This document shows positions 1-8,584 of a stretch of 64,000 nt of DNA, piece after piece. The notes under the pieces were generated by a model, which saw only the letters and a list, made by a program, of their open reading frames with translations, was not told the DNA's origin and ran no database searches. Within the stretch, counting starts at the first letter, position 1. Each line of letters begins with the position of its first letter. The DNA comes from an uncultured Alphaproteobacteria bacterium (GTDB taxonomy: Bacteria > Pseudomonadota > Alphaproteobacteria > Methylaequorales > Methylaequoraceae). The stretch covers positions 3,516 through 67,515 of the forward strand of contig CACACI010000003.1 of the NCBI GenBank assembly GCA_902530985.1, read 5' to 3'. The translations under genes were made by a program, and so were the position numbers.

Positions 1-2
1 AT

Positions 3-503
3 ATGATCTTAAAAAGAATGAAAAGAAGACATAACCGAGAAAAAATAATGACTATCTGCAAAGAATTGAAGTTATTAAGACCTGAATTCACATTTGGCGC
101 TGATGTTATTGCAGGGTTTCCTACAGAAACTGATGAACAATTTTTAAATACATTAGAATTAATAAAAGTTTGTGATTTTTCTAATGTTCATGTTTTTCCT
201 TACTCTGCTAAAAAAGGAACTCCAGCATCGAGGATGCCGCAAATTAATGGACAAATGAAAAAAAAAAGGGCTGATATTCTGAGAAAAGAATCAAGAAAAA
301 TTCTTTATAAAAAACTTGATAGTAAAATAGGTAAATCAGCAACTATTTTATTTGAATCAAGCAAAAGAAGTTATACTGATGAATATTTCAAAGTTAAAAT
401 GATTTTTGAAAACAGTGATAAAAAACCCGAGTCTGGTTCAATTGTCAATGTGAAACTTATTTCAAGACAAGATGATTCTTTAATCGCTGAGCTTAGACAA
501 TAA
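3..503 (+). CDS. mtaB: Radical-SAM methylthiotransferase of the MiaB/MtaB/RimO family, C-terminal fragment (truncated by window start)
   Basis: The motifs DVIAGFPTETDEQF and HVFPYSAKKGTPASRM mark the end of the radical-SAM domain in this family. A TRAM-like tail follows (GSIVNVKLIS). Its position just upstream of ftsY matches the alphaproteobacterial mtaB-ftsY arrangement. The reading frame is open to the window edge. Confidence 0.7.
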   Translation: MILKRMKRRHNREKIMTICKELKLLRPEFTFGADVIAGFPTETDEQFLNTLELIKVCDFSNVHVFPYSAKKGTPASRMPQINGQMKKKRADILRKESRKILYKKLDSKIGKSATILFESSKRSYTDEYFKVKMIFENSDKKPESGSIVNVKLISRQDDSLIAELRQ

Positions 504-1414
504 TGGTTTTTGGTTGGTTTAAAAAATTAAAAAGTGGATTGTCTAAATCATCTGACAAAATATCAGGTGGAATAAAAAAAATATTAAAAGGTAAAAAAAT
601 TGATGATTCAACATTGGAAGATTTAGAGGATTTATTAATTTCTTCAGATTTAGGAGTTGAATGCTCTGCAAAAATAATTTCAGAGTTAAGAAAATCTAAA
701 TTAATTGACCCTAATGTAGATAAAGTTAAAGGAATTATAAAAAAAAAACTGAAAGAGATATTAATCTCTCTGGAATGCAATATTGAATTAACTAAAGAAT
801 TAAATGTGATTCTTGTTGTAGGGGTGAATGGTGTTGGAAAAACAGCAACGATTGGAAAACTTGCTGAAAAGTTTTTAAAAGAAAAAAAAAAAGTTGGCAT
901 GGTGGCTGCTGACACATTTAGAGCTGCAGCAGTGGAACAATTAAGGATATGGTCTGATAGAACTAAATCAGATTTTTTTTTTGGCAAGGAATCATCTGAT
1001 CCAGCAGCTCTTGCATATCAATCAATTCTTTCTGCCAAAGAAAAAAAATTAGACATTCTTTTAATTGATACAGCAGGTAGACTTCACAATAAAACTGATT
1101 TGATGAGTGAATTGTCTAAGATTATAAGGGTAATGAAAAAAATTAATGAATCAATTCCTAATGAGATTATTCTTGTACTTGATGGCAATATTGGACAGAA
1201 TTCAATAAAACAAGCAGAAGTGTTCAAAGAAGTTTGTAATATAGACAGTTTGATTGTTACTAAATTAGATGGTTCAGCAAAAGGAGGAGCACTAATCCCA
1301 ATTGCTGAAAATTTAAAGATACCAATTTCTTTTATAGGAACAGGTGAGGGAAAGGAAGATTTAGCTAAATTTGATGCAGACACATTTTGTGATGCACTTC
1401 TTGGAATGGATTAA
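503..1414 (+). CDS. ftsY: Signal recognition particle receptor FtsY
   Basis: The SRP-GTPase motifs are present: GVNGVGKTATIGKLA (G1), DTAGRLHNK (G3) and TKLDGSAKGG (G4). Its start overlaps the upstream stop by 1 nt. Confidence 0.95.
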   Translation: MVFGWFKKLKSGLSKSSDKISGGIKKILKGKKIDDSTLEDLEDLLISSDLGVECSAKIISELRKSKLIDPNVDKVKGIIKKKLKEILISLECNIELTKELNVILVVGVNGVGKTATIGKLAEKFLKEKKKVGMVAADTFRAAAVEQLRIWSDRTKSDFFFGKESSDPAALAYQSILSAKEKKLDILLIDTAGRLHNKTDLMSELSKIIRVMKKINESIPNEIILVLDGNIGQNSIKQAEVFKEVCNIDSLIVTKLDGSAKGGALIPIAENLKIPISFIGTGEGKEDLAKFDADTFCDALLGMD

Positions 1415-2580
1415 TCTCTATAAATCATCCATAAAGATGACTCTTCATCATCTGTTATAAGAAAAATATTACCTTTTGTATCAATTTCAAAATCTCTAAT
1501 TCGTCCGATATTCACTTCATCTTTAATAATAATTTCTTCTTCCACTATTCTATTATTTTCAAAATCTAATCGTGCTAGCATTTGAGCTTTAGTTGCACTA
1601 ATCAATAGGTCGCCATTCCATTCAGGAAAAATTTCTCCTTTATAAAAAGCTATATTCCCAATTGCCATGGAAGGCACCCAAGTTATAACATTTTTATCAT
1701 AAGAGTCTTTGAATGGTGTGCTACCAATCTTTCTTCCTGAGTATTCGGTACCACCCCAAGCAATATCCTTCCATCCAAAATTTCCAGCAAATTTTACCTT
1801 GCCAATATTGTCTCCACCCATTGGCCCATGTTGTGAAAAATAAACTTTACCGTCATGGGGAGATACGCACAAACCTTGAGGATTTCTTAATCCAATTTGG
1901 TATATTTCTGGCAACCATTCTTCAAAGCCTTTAAATGCAGGGTTGTCTTTGGGAACAGAACCGTCGGTTTTAATTCTAACAATGCTGCCTGGGTGTTTTT
2001 GAGGATTCTGAGCAATCATTCCTTCATCTCTTTCTCCAAAACTGGCATATAAAAAATCATCTTTAATGGCAATCCTTGACCCCCAATGTTTATTTTTATA
2101 AAGCTTTGGTTTTGCTACTAAGAGATTTACAAAATCTGTGATTTGCTTGTTTTTAAGTTTACCTCTTGCTATGGCAGTACTTGAAGCTTTACTTGGTTTT
2201 CCATCAATCATTTTTTCTTTAAAATCATGGCTATAAGTAAAGTAAACATAACCATCAGAATGAGCAAAAACATCAAGTAAACCTCCTTGCTGATAGGCTA
2301 TACTTTTATCACTATATCTGATGCTAGGAATATTGTGAGAAATTTCATCAATGTTTCCGGAATTAACATTAACTCTTAAAAGTCGCCCATTTTTTTCTGT
2401 AATCAAAAGGTTTTCGTTATCAATAAATGTCATACCCCAAGGGTAATTAAGTGTTTTTTTTGAAACTTCTTTAATCTTTATATTAATTTGTGTTTTTTTA
2501 TATTTTTCATAGTTGCTAAAATTTTCTGAATTAGCAAATGCAGAAAAAAAAGTATAAATTAATAAAAATAGTATATGCAT
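1411..2580 (-). CDS. PQQ-dependent soluble sugar (glucose/sorbosone) dehydrogenase family beta-propeller, secreted
   Basis: It has an N-terminal signal peptide (MHILFLLIYTFFSAFA). Family-typical strings include PWGMTF, GGLLDV, HPGSIVRI..DGSVPKDNPF, IYQIGLRNPQGL and HGPMGGDN. Confidence 0.8.
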   Translation of the reverse strand: MHILFLLIYTFFSAFANSENFSNYEKYKKTQINIKIKEVSKKTLNYPWGMTFIDNENLLITEKNGRLLRVNVNSGNIDEISHNIPSIRYSDKSIAYQQGGLLDVFAHSDGYVYFTYSHDFKEKMIDGKPSKASSTAIARGKLKNKQITDFVNLLVAKPKLYKNKHWGSRIAIKDDFLYASFGERDEGMIAQNPQKHPGSIVRIKTDGSVPKDNPAFKGFEEWLPEIYQIGLRNPQGLCVSPHDGKVYFSQHGPMGGDNIGKVKFAGNFGWKDIAWGGTEYSGRKIGSTPFKDSYDKNVITWVPSMAIGNIAFYKGEIFPEWNGDLLISATKAQMLARLDFENNRIVEEEIIIKDEVNIGRIRDFEIDTKGNIFLITDDEESSLWMIYRD

Positions 2581-2635
2581 AGAAGAGAAATATATATTGA
2601 TTAATATAAATACTTAAACTAGTTTTTTAAAAATA

Positions 2636-3088
2636 ATGACTCAAAACTACTATTTGAATAAACATGGACTTTTCATTGAAGATTTAAATCTTGGTCAAGA
2701 AGAAAGTTTCACAAAAAAAATCACTGAGAAAGATATAAACTTATTTTCAGAAATTACTGGAGATAATAATCCGGTTCATATAGATGATAAGTTTGCTAAA
2801 TATACAATATTTAAAAAAAGAATTGCGCATGGTTTTTTATCAGGAAGTTTGATTTCAACTGTTATTGCAACTAAACTTCCTGGGCCAGGAAGTATCTACT
2901 TAAAGCAAGATTTAAAGTTTCTAGCTCCTGTTTTTATTGGAGAAAAAGTTACCGCAAAAGTAAAAATTTTAGAAATAATATTGGAAAAAAAAAAAATTAT
3001 TCTTTTAACAGAATGTTATGTTAATAAAAAAAAAATTCTTACTGGCAAAGCTGAAATATTAGTTTCATCAAAACTTCACCTTAAATAA
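2636..3088 (+). CDS. MaoC-like (R)-specific enoyl-CoA hydratase / hot-dog fold dehydratase
   Basis: It contains the hydratase-2 motif region FSEITGDNNPVHID...IAHGFLSGSLIS. At 150 aa it is a single hot-dog domain. Confidence 0.85.
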   Translation: MTQNYYLNKHGLFIEDLNLGQEESFTKKITEKDINLFSEITGDNNPVHIDDKFAKYTIFKKRIAHGFLSGSLISTVIATKLPGPGSIYLKQDLKFLAPVFIGEKVTAKVKILEIILEKKKIILLTECYVNKKKILTGKAEILVSSKLHLK

Positions 3089-4036
3089 ATGCAAATTTTT
3101 AGATCATTTAAAATTTCTAAAGATTTAATAAATTCATCAGTGGCAATTGGAAATTTTGATGGAGTTCATTTAGGTCATCAAGCTGTTATTAATAAAGCAA
3201 AAGAAGTTTCATTGAAAGAAAAAACAAAAATAGGTGTTATCACATTTGAACCTCACCCAAAGTGTTATTTCAGTAAAGAATATAATTTTTTCAGACTAAC
3301 TCCTTTCAGGGAAAAATTTGAAATTTTAAAGAAAACTGGTATTGATTTTATGATAAACATTAAATTTGACGCAAATTTTCTTAAGAGAAGTGCCTTTGAT
3401 TTTATTAAAAATAATTTAGTACAAGAATTAAGGGTAAGTAATGTAATTACAGGCTTTGACTTTGTATTTGGAAATAAAAAAGTTGGAAATGTTAATTTCA
3501 TGAATGATTACGTTAAAAAGACAAATGAATTTAAATTTTTTGTAGTTCCAGAAGTTAAAAATAATGATGAATTGGCAATTTCGTCATCTAATATAAGAAA
3601 ATACCTTAGAAAGGGAAAAATAGAACATGCCAATCTACTTCTTACCAGGAAATGGACAATTTCTGGAAAAGTAGTTGAAGGTGCAAAAAAAGCAAGAGAG
3701 ATTGGATTTAAAACAGCTAACATTAAAATGAATGATTTTTGTAACATGCGTCATGGTGTTTATTTAGTAAGTGTAAAATTATTAAAGAATTTCAACGGAA
3801 AAGATTTTTTTGGTATAGCAAATTTTGGTATTAAACCAACTTTTAATAATGTTAATCCTATATTAGAAGTACATATATTTAACTTTAATAATGAAATTTA
3901 TAATGAGAGAATAAAAGTTATGTTTCATAAGTTTATAAGACCTGAAAAAAAATTTGAATCTATTGTTAAATTAAAAGATCAGATTATAAAAGATATCAAT
4001 CAAGTAAAAAATGACAGAATATTCAAAAACAATTAA
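3089..4036 (+). CDS. ribF: Bifunctional riboflavin kinase / FMN adenylyltransferase
   Basis: The FAD synthetase motifs are AIGNFDGVHLGHQ, GFDFVFG and SSSNIR. The kinase domain shows GFKTANI, GVY, FGIANFGIKPTF and LEVHIFNF. Confidence 0.95.
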   Translation: MQIFRSFKISKDLINSSVAIGNFDGVHLGHQAVINKAKEVSLKEKTKIGVITFEPHPKCYFSKEYNFFRLTPFREKFEILKKTGIDFMINIKFDANFLKRSAFDFIKNNLVQELRVSNVITGFDFVFGNKKVGNVNFMNDYVKKTNEFKFFVVPEVKNNDELAISSSNIRKYLRKGKIEHANLLLTRKWTISGKVVEGAKKAREIGFKTANIKMNDFCNMRHGVYLVSVKLLKNFNGKDFFGIANFGIKPTFNNVNPILEVHIFNFNNEIYNERIKVMFHKFIRPEKKFESIVKLKDQIIKDINQVKNDRIFKNN

Positions 4037-6803
4037 CTTACCACAGACTAAATTTTCTATGAAAGCAAATTTATCTGAAAAAGAAAATGAATGGTTAGAG
4101 TTTTGGAATGAAAATAAAATTTATGAGACTTTAAAGAAACAAAATAAAAATTCTAATAAATATGTTCTGCATGATGGCCCTCCTTATGCAAATGGTGATC
4201 TGCACTTGGGTCATGCATTAAATAAAATCTTAAAAGATATAATTTGTAGATTTAAATTTCAAAATTCTAATGACGTTCATTTTATTCCAGGCTGGGATTG
4301 TCATGGTCTTCCAATAGAATGGAAAGTCGAAGAAAAGTTTAGAAAATCTGGAAAAAAAAAGTCGGACGTAGCTCTAAATGAATTTAGAGAAGAGTGTAGA
4401 GAATTCGCTAAATCTTGGGTTGATATTCAGAAGGACCAATTTAATAGATTTGGCATACAGACTAATTGGAAAGAAATTTATTTGACGATGAACAAAAATT
4501 CTGAGTCAGCAATAGTATCTGAACTTCTAAAATTTTTAGAATCAGATCAACTCTACCTTGGTTTCAGACCAGTGATGTGGTCAGTTGTTGAACAAACAGC
4601 CTTAGCTGAAGCCGAAATTGAGTACCACGAAAAGAGATCAAAGGCAATTTATGTTAAATTTCCTATTAAAAATTTTCATAAAAACTCTTACATTGTTATT
4701 TGGACAACAACCCCATGGACAATTCCTTGTAATAAGGCAATAGCATTTTCAAAAAAATTAAACTATAAATCAGTTGAAATTTGTGAGGATATAGATTCTT
4801 TATCTTTTAAAAAAGGAGAAAGACTTTTGATTGAAGAAAGCTTGATATCTGATTTCTTTGATAGACACTCGATAAAAAATTTTAAAATACATGCAAAAAT
4901 TGAAACTTCAAAACTTGAACAACTTGTATGTGAGCATCCTTTAAAAAATCTAGGATACAACTTTTCAGTTAATTTATTTGATGGAGAACATGTTTCTGCT
5001 GAGACTGGAACTGGTTTTGTTCACATAGCACCCAATCATGGTATTGAAGATTTCGAATTAGGGAAAAAAAATAATTTAGACAATTCACCAACTGTTGACG
5101 AGAAGGGAGTCTATACCTCCAATGTGGCTTTTTTTGAAGGAACTCATGTTTTTAAGGCAGATGATGAGGTGATCAATCAGTTGAGGAAATCGAGTGCGCT
5201 AGTGAGTTGTAATGATTATATTCATAGCTATCCACATTCATGGAGATCTAAGGCTCCCTTAATATTTCGAGCTACTTCTCAATGGTTCATTTCCCTCGAA
5301 ACAAAGGGCCTAAGAAAAAAAGCTTTAGAGGAAATTGAGAAAGTAAAATGGATTCCTGGAAATAGTAAAAAGCGAATATATTCAATGATTAAAGATAGGC
5401 CAGATTGGTGTGTTTCAAGACAGAGGTATTGGGGTGTTCCAATAACAATTTTCATTTCAAAAGACAATGGAAAGCCACTTATTAATAAAACGGTTAACAA
5501 GAAAATATTATCTGCGATAAGTAAAGAAGGAATTGATTCTTGGTTTACAAAACCTAAGGAATACTTTCTTGAAGGTATAAAAAATTCAGATGAATATGAA
5601 AAAGTTGATTCTATTCTAGATGTTTGGTTTGATTCTGGTTCCAGTCATGTTTATGTTCTAAAAAACCAAGGAATAAAAGATAAAGCTGACCTTTACCTTG
5701 AGGGTTCAGATCAGCACAGAGGATGGTTTCAAACATCTTTAATAGAATGTTGTGCTAACTATGGCACTAGCCCTTTTAAAGCAGTTTTGACTCATGGCTT
5801 TGTAATTGATGAAAAAGGAAAAAAAATGTCAAAATCCCTTGGCAATGTAATTTTACCATCCGATGTTATCAAAAAATATGGAGCTGATATATTAAGAATT
5901 TGGGTTGCTAATTCGAATTATAGTGAAGATATTAAAATTAGTTATCAAAACTTAGATAGACAAGCTGAAAGCTATAGAAAAATTAGAAATACTATAAGAT
6001 TTCTTTTAGGAAATTTGAATAACTTTAATCATAAAGAAAAAAAGGTAGAACATAATAAACTTCCTGCTTTAGAGCAGTTTATAAGGCATAAATTATTTAT
6101 TTTAAATAATTCAATTAATAATTACTATGAAGACTTTAATTTTTACAAAGCATACCAAATGATTTTAAATTTTTGTTCCCAAGAACTCTCTTCTTTGTTT
6201 TTTGATATTAGGAAAGACGCATTGTATTGTGATCCATCGGATTCACTAATAGTTAAGTCTGCTAAAACAGTAATGGTAGATGTTTTTCAATGCTTAATTA
6301 GATGGCTTTCTCCGATTATACCTTTTACAACCGAAGAGGCTTGGCAAAATTGGCGTGAGGGAATAGGAAATAATGAAGTAAAAAGTTGTCATCTTTTAAA
6401 AACAACAGAAATATCAGATAAGTGGAAAAATAATGAATTAGATGAAAAGTGGTCGAAAATATTAGAAATAAAAAACGCTTTTACATTTACTGTCGAAAAA
6501 AAAAGAAATCTTAAAGAAATTAAATCAAGTTTAGAGGCCAAAGCATTCATTTATCTTAAAGATAGTGAATATAAAAAAATTGCCCAATCATTGGACTTAA
6601 GTGAAATCTTGATTTCATCTGCAATTGAAATATCAGACAATTTTGATCGTGATTTTATATTCAACAATGAAAATGGAAATATAGGGGTAAAAATTACCAG
6701 AGAAGATGGATATAAATGTCCAAGATGTTGGAAATTATTCAAAAAACTTCATGAAAATACTGAGCTTTGCAATCGGTGTAATTCTTTAATTAATGGAAAA
6801 TAG
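4011..6803 (+). CDS. ileS: Isoleucyl-tRNA synthetase
   Basis: It has the HIGH motif (PPYANGDLHLGHA), KMSKS (KKMSKSLGN), a conserved N-terminus (INLPQTKFSMKANL) and a C-terminal zinc knuckle (CPRCW...CNRC). It overlaps the ribF 3' end by 26 nt. Confidence 0.97.
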   Translation: MTEYSKTINLPQTKFSMKANLSEKENEWLEFWNENKIYETLKKQNKNSNKYVLHDGPPYANGDLHLGHALNKILKDIICRFKFQNSNDVHFIPGWDCHGLPIEWKVEEKFRKSGKKKSDVALNEFREECREFAKSWVDIQKDQFNRFGIQTNWKEIYLTMNKNSESAIVSELLKFLESDQLYLGFRPVMWSVVEQTALAEAEIEYHEKRSKAIYVKFPIKNFHKNSYIVIWTTTPWTIPCNKAIAFSKKLNYKSVEICEDIDSLSFKKGERLLIEESLISDFFDRHSIKNFKIHAKIETSKLEQLVCEHPLKNLGYNFSVNLFDGEHVSAETGTGFVHIAPNHGIEDFELGKKNNLDNSPTVDEKGVYTSNVAFFEGTHVFKADDEVINQLRKSSALVSCNDYIHSYPHSWRSKAPLIFRATSQWFISLETKGLRKKALEEIEKVKWIPGNSKKRIYSMIKDRPDWCVSRQRYWGVPITIFISKDNGKPLINKTVNKKILSAISKEGIDSWFTKPKEYFLEGIKNSDEYEKVDSILDVWFDSGSSHVYVLKNQGIKDKADLYLEGSDQHRGWFQTSLIECCANYGTSPFKAVLTHGFVIDEKGKKMSKSLGNVILPSDVIKKYGADILRIWVANSNYSEDIKISYQNLDRQAESYRKIRNTIRFLLGNLNNFNHKEKKVEHNKLPALEQFIRHKLFILNNSINNYYEDFNFYKAYQMILNFCSQELSSLFFDIRKDALYCDPSDSLIVKSAKTVMVDVFQCLIRWLSPIIPFTTEEAWQNWREGIGNNEVKSCHLLKTTEISDKWKNNELDEKWSKILEIKNAFTFTVEKKRNLKEIKSSLEAKAFIYLKDSEYKKIAQSLDLSEILISSAIEISDNFDRDFIFNNENGNIGVKITREDGYKCPRCWKLFKKLHENTELCNRCNSLINGK

Positions 6804-7254
6804 AAACAAAAATCTTCTTTCTCTAATTATAACTATAATATTGTTATCACTAGACCAATTATCAAAATACTTTATTGAAATAAATATTAAATACTTGGAC
6901 CCTGGGATTAGGGTATTTAATGGATTTAATATAGTTTATGTGGAAAATAAAGGGGTAAGCTTTGGTTTTCTATCAGAGTACAATATCCCTTTTTTCTTGG
7001 GTATTTTGTCTTTTTTAATTTCTTTTTACATATATTTTTTGATTAGAAAATCATCGGACAAGGTTGAAATATTTGGTCTATCATTGATATTAGGAGGTGC
7101 ACTCGGTAACGGTATTGATAGATTCTTTAAAGGTTATGTTATTGATTTTATTGATTTATATTACAAAGAATATCATTGGTTTGCATTTAATTTAGCAGAT
7201 TCATTTATTACAGTTGGTGCAATTATTTTTTTTTCTCGTATTTTAAAGAATTAA
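6793..7254 (+). CDS. lspA: Lipoprotein signal peptidase (signal peptidase II)
   Basis: Family motifs NKGVSFGF, GGALGNGIDR and VIDFID...FNLADS are present, with four predicted TM segments. It overlaps ileS by 11 nt. Confidence 0.9.
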   Translation: MENRNKNLLSLIITIILLSLDQLSKYFIEINIKYLDPGIRVFNGFNIVYVENKGVSFGFLSEYNIPFFLGILSFLISFYIYFLIRKSSDKVEIFGLSLILGGALGNGIDRFFKGYVIDFIDLYYKEYHWFAFNLADSFITVGAIIFFSRILKN

Positions 7255-7329
7255 ATTTGGATTTTCCTTTTCAAAACAACAAAGTAATGTTATTTATATA
7301 AAAAGATATACAACAAAATGTTCGTATAA

Positions 7330-8004
7330 ATGTTTTATAAAACACAACATATGGTATTAGGCACTAATTTTTTAAACAAAATTAAAATTTGTATTGCTAT
7401 GACATTATTTTTATTAATTCAATCATGTAGTACAATCGAGTCAACAGTTGATTCAACCTGGGATTCAATTTCAGAAGCTGGAGACTTTATTTACGATTCA
7501 GTTAATTTTTGGGATGAAGATGAGCCTGAACAGAGCGAAGCCATAGTGATAGAAGAAGCGGTTGAAGTTCCTGAATATGCTATTCCAGATGAAAATTATT
7601 TTAATAATGGACAGCAACAAAACTTTAGTCAGCAACAAAACATTCAACCTCAGTTTCAGCAACAACCATATTATGACCCAATTTATAGAAGTCAAAGACA
7701 ATACTATTTTGTGGGTCCTAATGGTACTCCAATGTTGGCACCTGTTCCTCCTCCATTTCCTCAATATTCCATAGATCAGGCTCCACCATTACCATATTCA
7801 TACTCTAATAATTTAGGTCTGCCGCAAAGTAACACAAATTTTGCTCCACTTAACCAAAATATGAGAAATCAGAACCAAAACGCACCTTCTTCTACAATAA
7901 TGACTTTGGAAGAAGAAATGGAGATTTTTGGTATCCAGAATGATTGTGTAAGAGTTGCAAAAGATTTGATTAATGGTGGATTTATGTGTGATGATTATGA
8001 CTAA
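7330..8004 (+). CDS. Hypothetical lipoprotein with an acidic N-terminal part, a Q/N/P/Y-rich low-complexity core and a two-Cys C-terminus
   Basis: A lipobox LLIQS|C follows a K-containing n-region. The true start may be the ATG at 7351 (MVLGTNFLNKIK...). I recognise no family. Its stop overlaps the next ORF's ATG. Confidence 0.6.
   Translation: MFYKTQHMVLGTNFLNKIKICIAMTLFLLIQSCSTIESTVDSTWDSISEAGDFIYDSVNFWDEDEPEQSEAIVIEEAVEVPEYAIPDENYFNNGQQQNFSQQQNIQPQFQQQPYYDPIYRSQRQYYFVGPNGTPMLAPVPPPFPQYSIDQAPPLPYSYSNNLGLPQSNTNFAPLNQNMRNQNQNAPSSTIMTLEEEMEIFGIQNDCVRVAKDLINGGFMCDDYD
7612..7665 (+). repeat. In-frame imperfect tandem repeat, 3 x 18 nt, encoding QQQNFS / QQQNIQ / PQFQQQ
   Basis: The exact 12-mer cagcaacaaaac occurs at 7612 and 7630. 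A third degenerate unit ends in cagcaacaa. The repeat lies inside the lipoprotein CDS 7330..8004 and is in frame. Confidence 0.6.
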
Positions 8005-8584
8005 AAATTGTGACAAGATCATTCTCACTATTTTCACACTCTTACTCTATTCATGTGAAACTCTCCAAGATATAGCTGGATTAGAAAAACCTAATTTGGA
8101 AACTGATTTGATAGATCAAACTCCTGAATTAGTTCTCCCCCCAGATTTTAATAAAGTTGCTAGACCTGGTCGTTTAAATAGAGTTCAACCAAATCCCAAT
8201 GCTTTTGAAATCAATGATCAATATCAAAATCAGGCCCAGTATCAAAGTGTTCGACCTCAAGTAAAAAATTATATTGCACCGCAAATAAATATTCAATCTT
8301 CTCCGACACCATCTGATTCACTAGAAAGATTTAAAGAAAATAAAAAATTTACTGTGGGTCAATGGGTTTATGGTCAATATGTTAAAGGGTTTAAGCAAGG
8401 AAATCTTTACTATAGACCAATTTATGATAAAGGGTATAACTTCTCTAGGAGATATGTTCCAGATCATAATGTCTCATCATTTCTAACTTCACCGCAAATG
8501 AATAATGGTTTGTCGAATGATGCACAGGTTATTCAAGAAAACACTGATGTAAGAGATATTGATAATTTACCAATAATTGATTAG
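7997..8584 (+). CDS. Hypothetical lipoprotein, Q/N/P-rich (possibly DUF3035-like)
   Basis: The lipobox is TLLLYS|C. I chose the ATG at 7997 over 7973 because it gives a normal-length signal peptide and an 8-nt coupling overlap with the upstream stop. The segment PELVLPPDF and the position between lspA and the M16 peptidases recall the alphaproteobacterial DUF3035 family. That link is from memory and unverified. Confidence 0.55.
   Translation: MTKNCDKIILTIFTLLLYSCETLQDIAGLEKPNLETDLIDQTPELVLPPDFNKVARPGRLNRVQPNPNAFEINDQYQNQAQYQSVRPQVKNYIAPQINIQSSPTPSDSLERFKENKKFTVGQWVYGQYVKGFKQGNLYYRPIYDKGYNFSRRYVPDHNVSSFLTSPQMNNGLSNDAQVIQENTDVRDIDNLPIID

Noticed and set aside
493-987. A 164-aa ORF on the minus strand, antisense to ftsY
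   Set aside because: It lies entirely inside a CDS with unmistakable SRP-GTPase motifs. Its translation is low-complexity (F/S/I/N-rich) with no recognisable domain. This is a typical shadow ORF in AT-rich DNA, where antisense stop codons are depleted.
7498-8037. Alternative-frame and antisense ORFs across the Q-rich lipoprotein region (7498..7764 minus, 7562..7774 plus, 7813..8037 minus)
   Set aside because: I considered whether the lipoprotein frames were wrong. The chosen frames carry signal peptides with lipoboxes and show stop/start coupling to their neighbours. The alternatives lack any such features.
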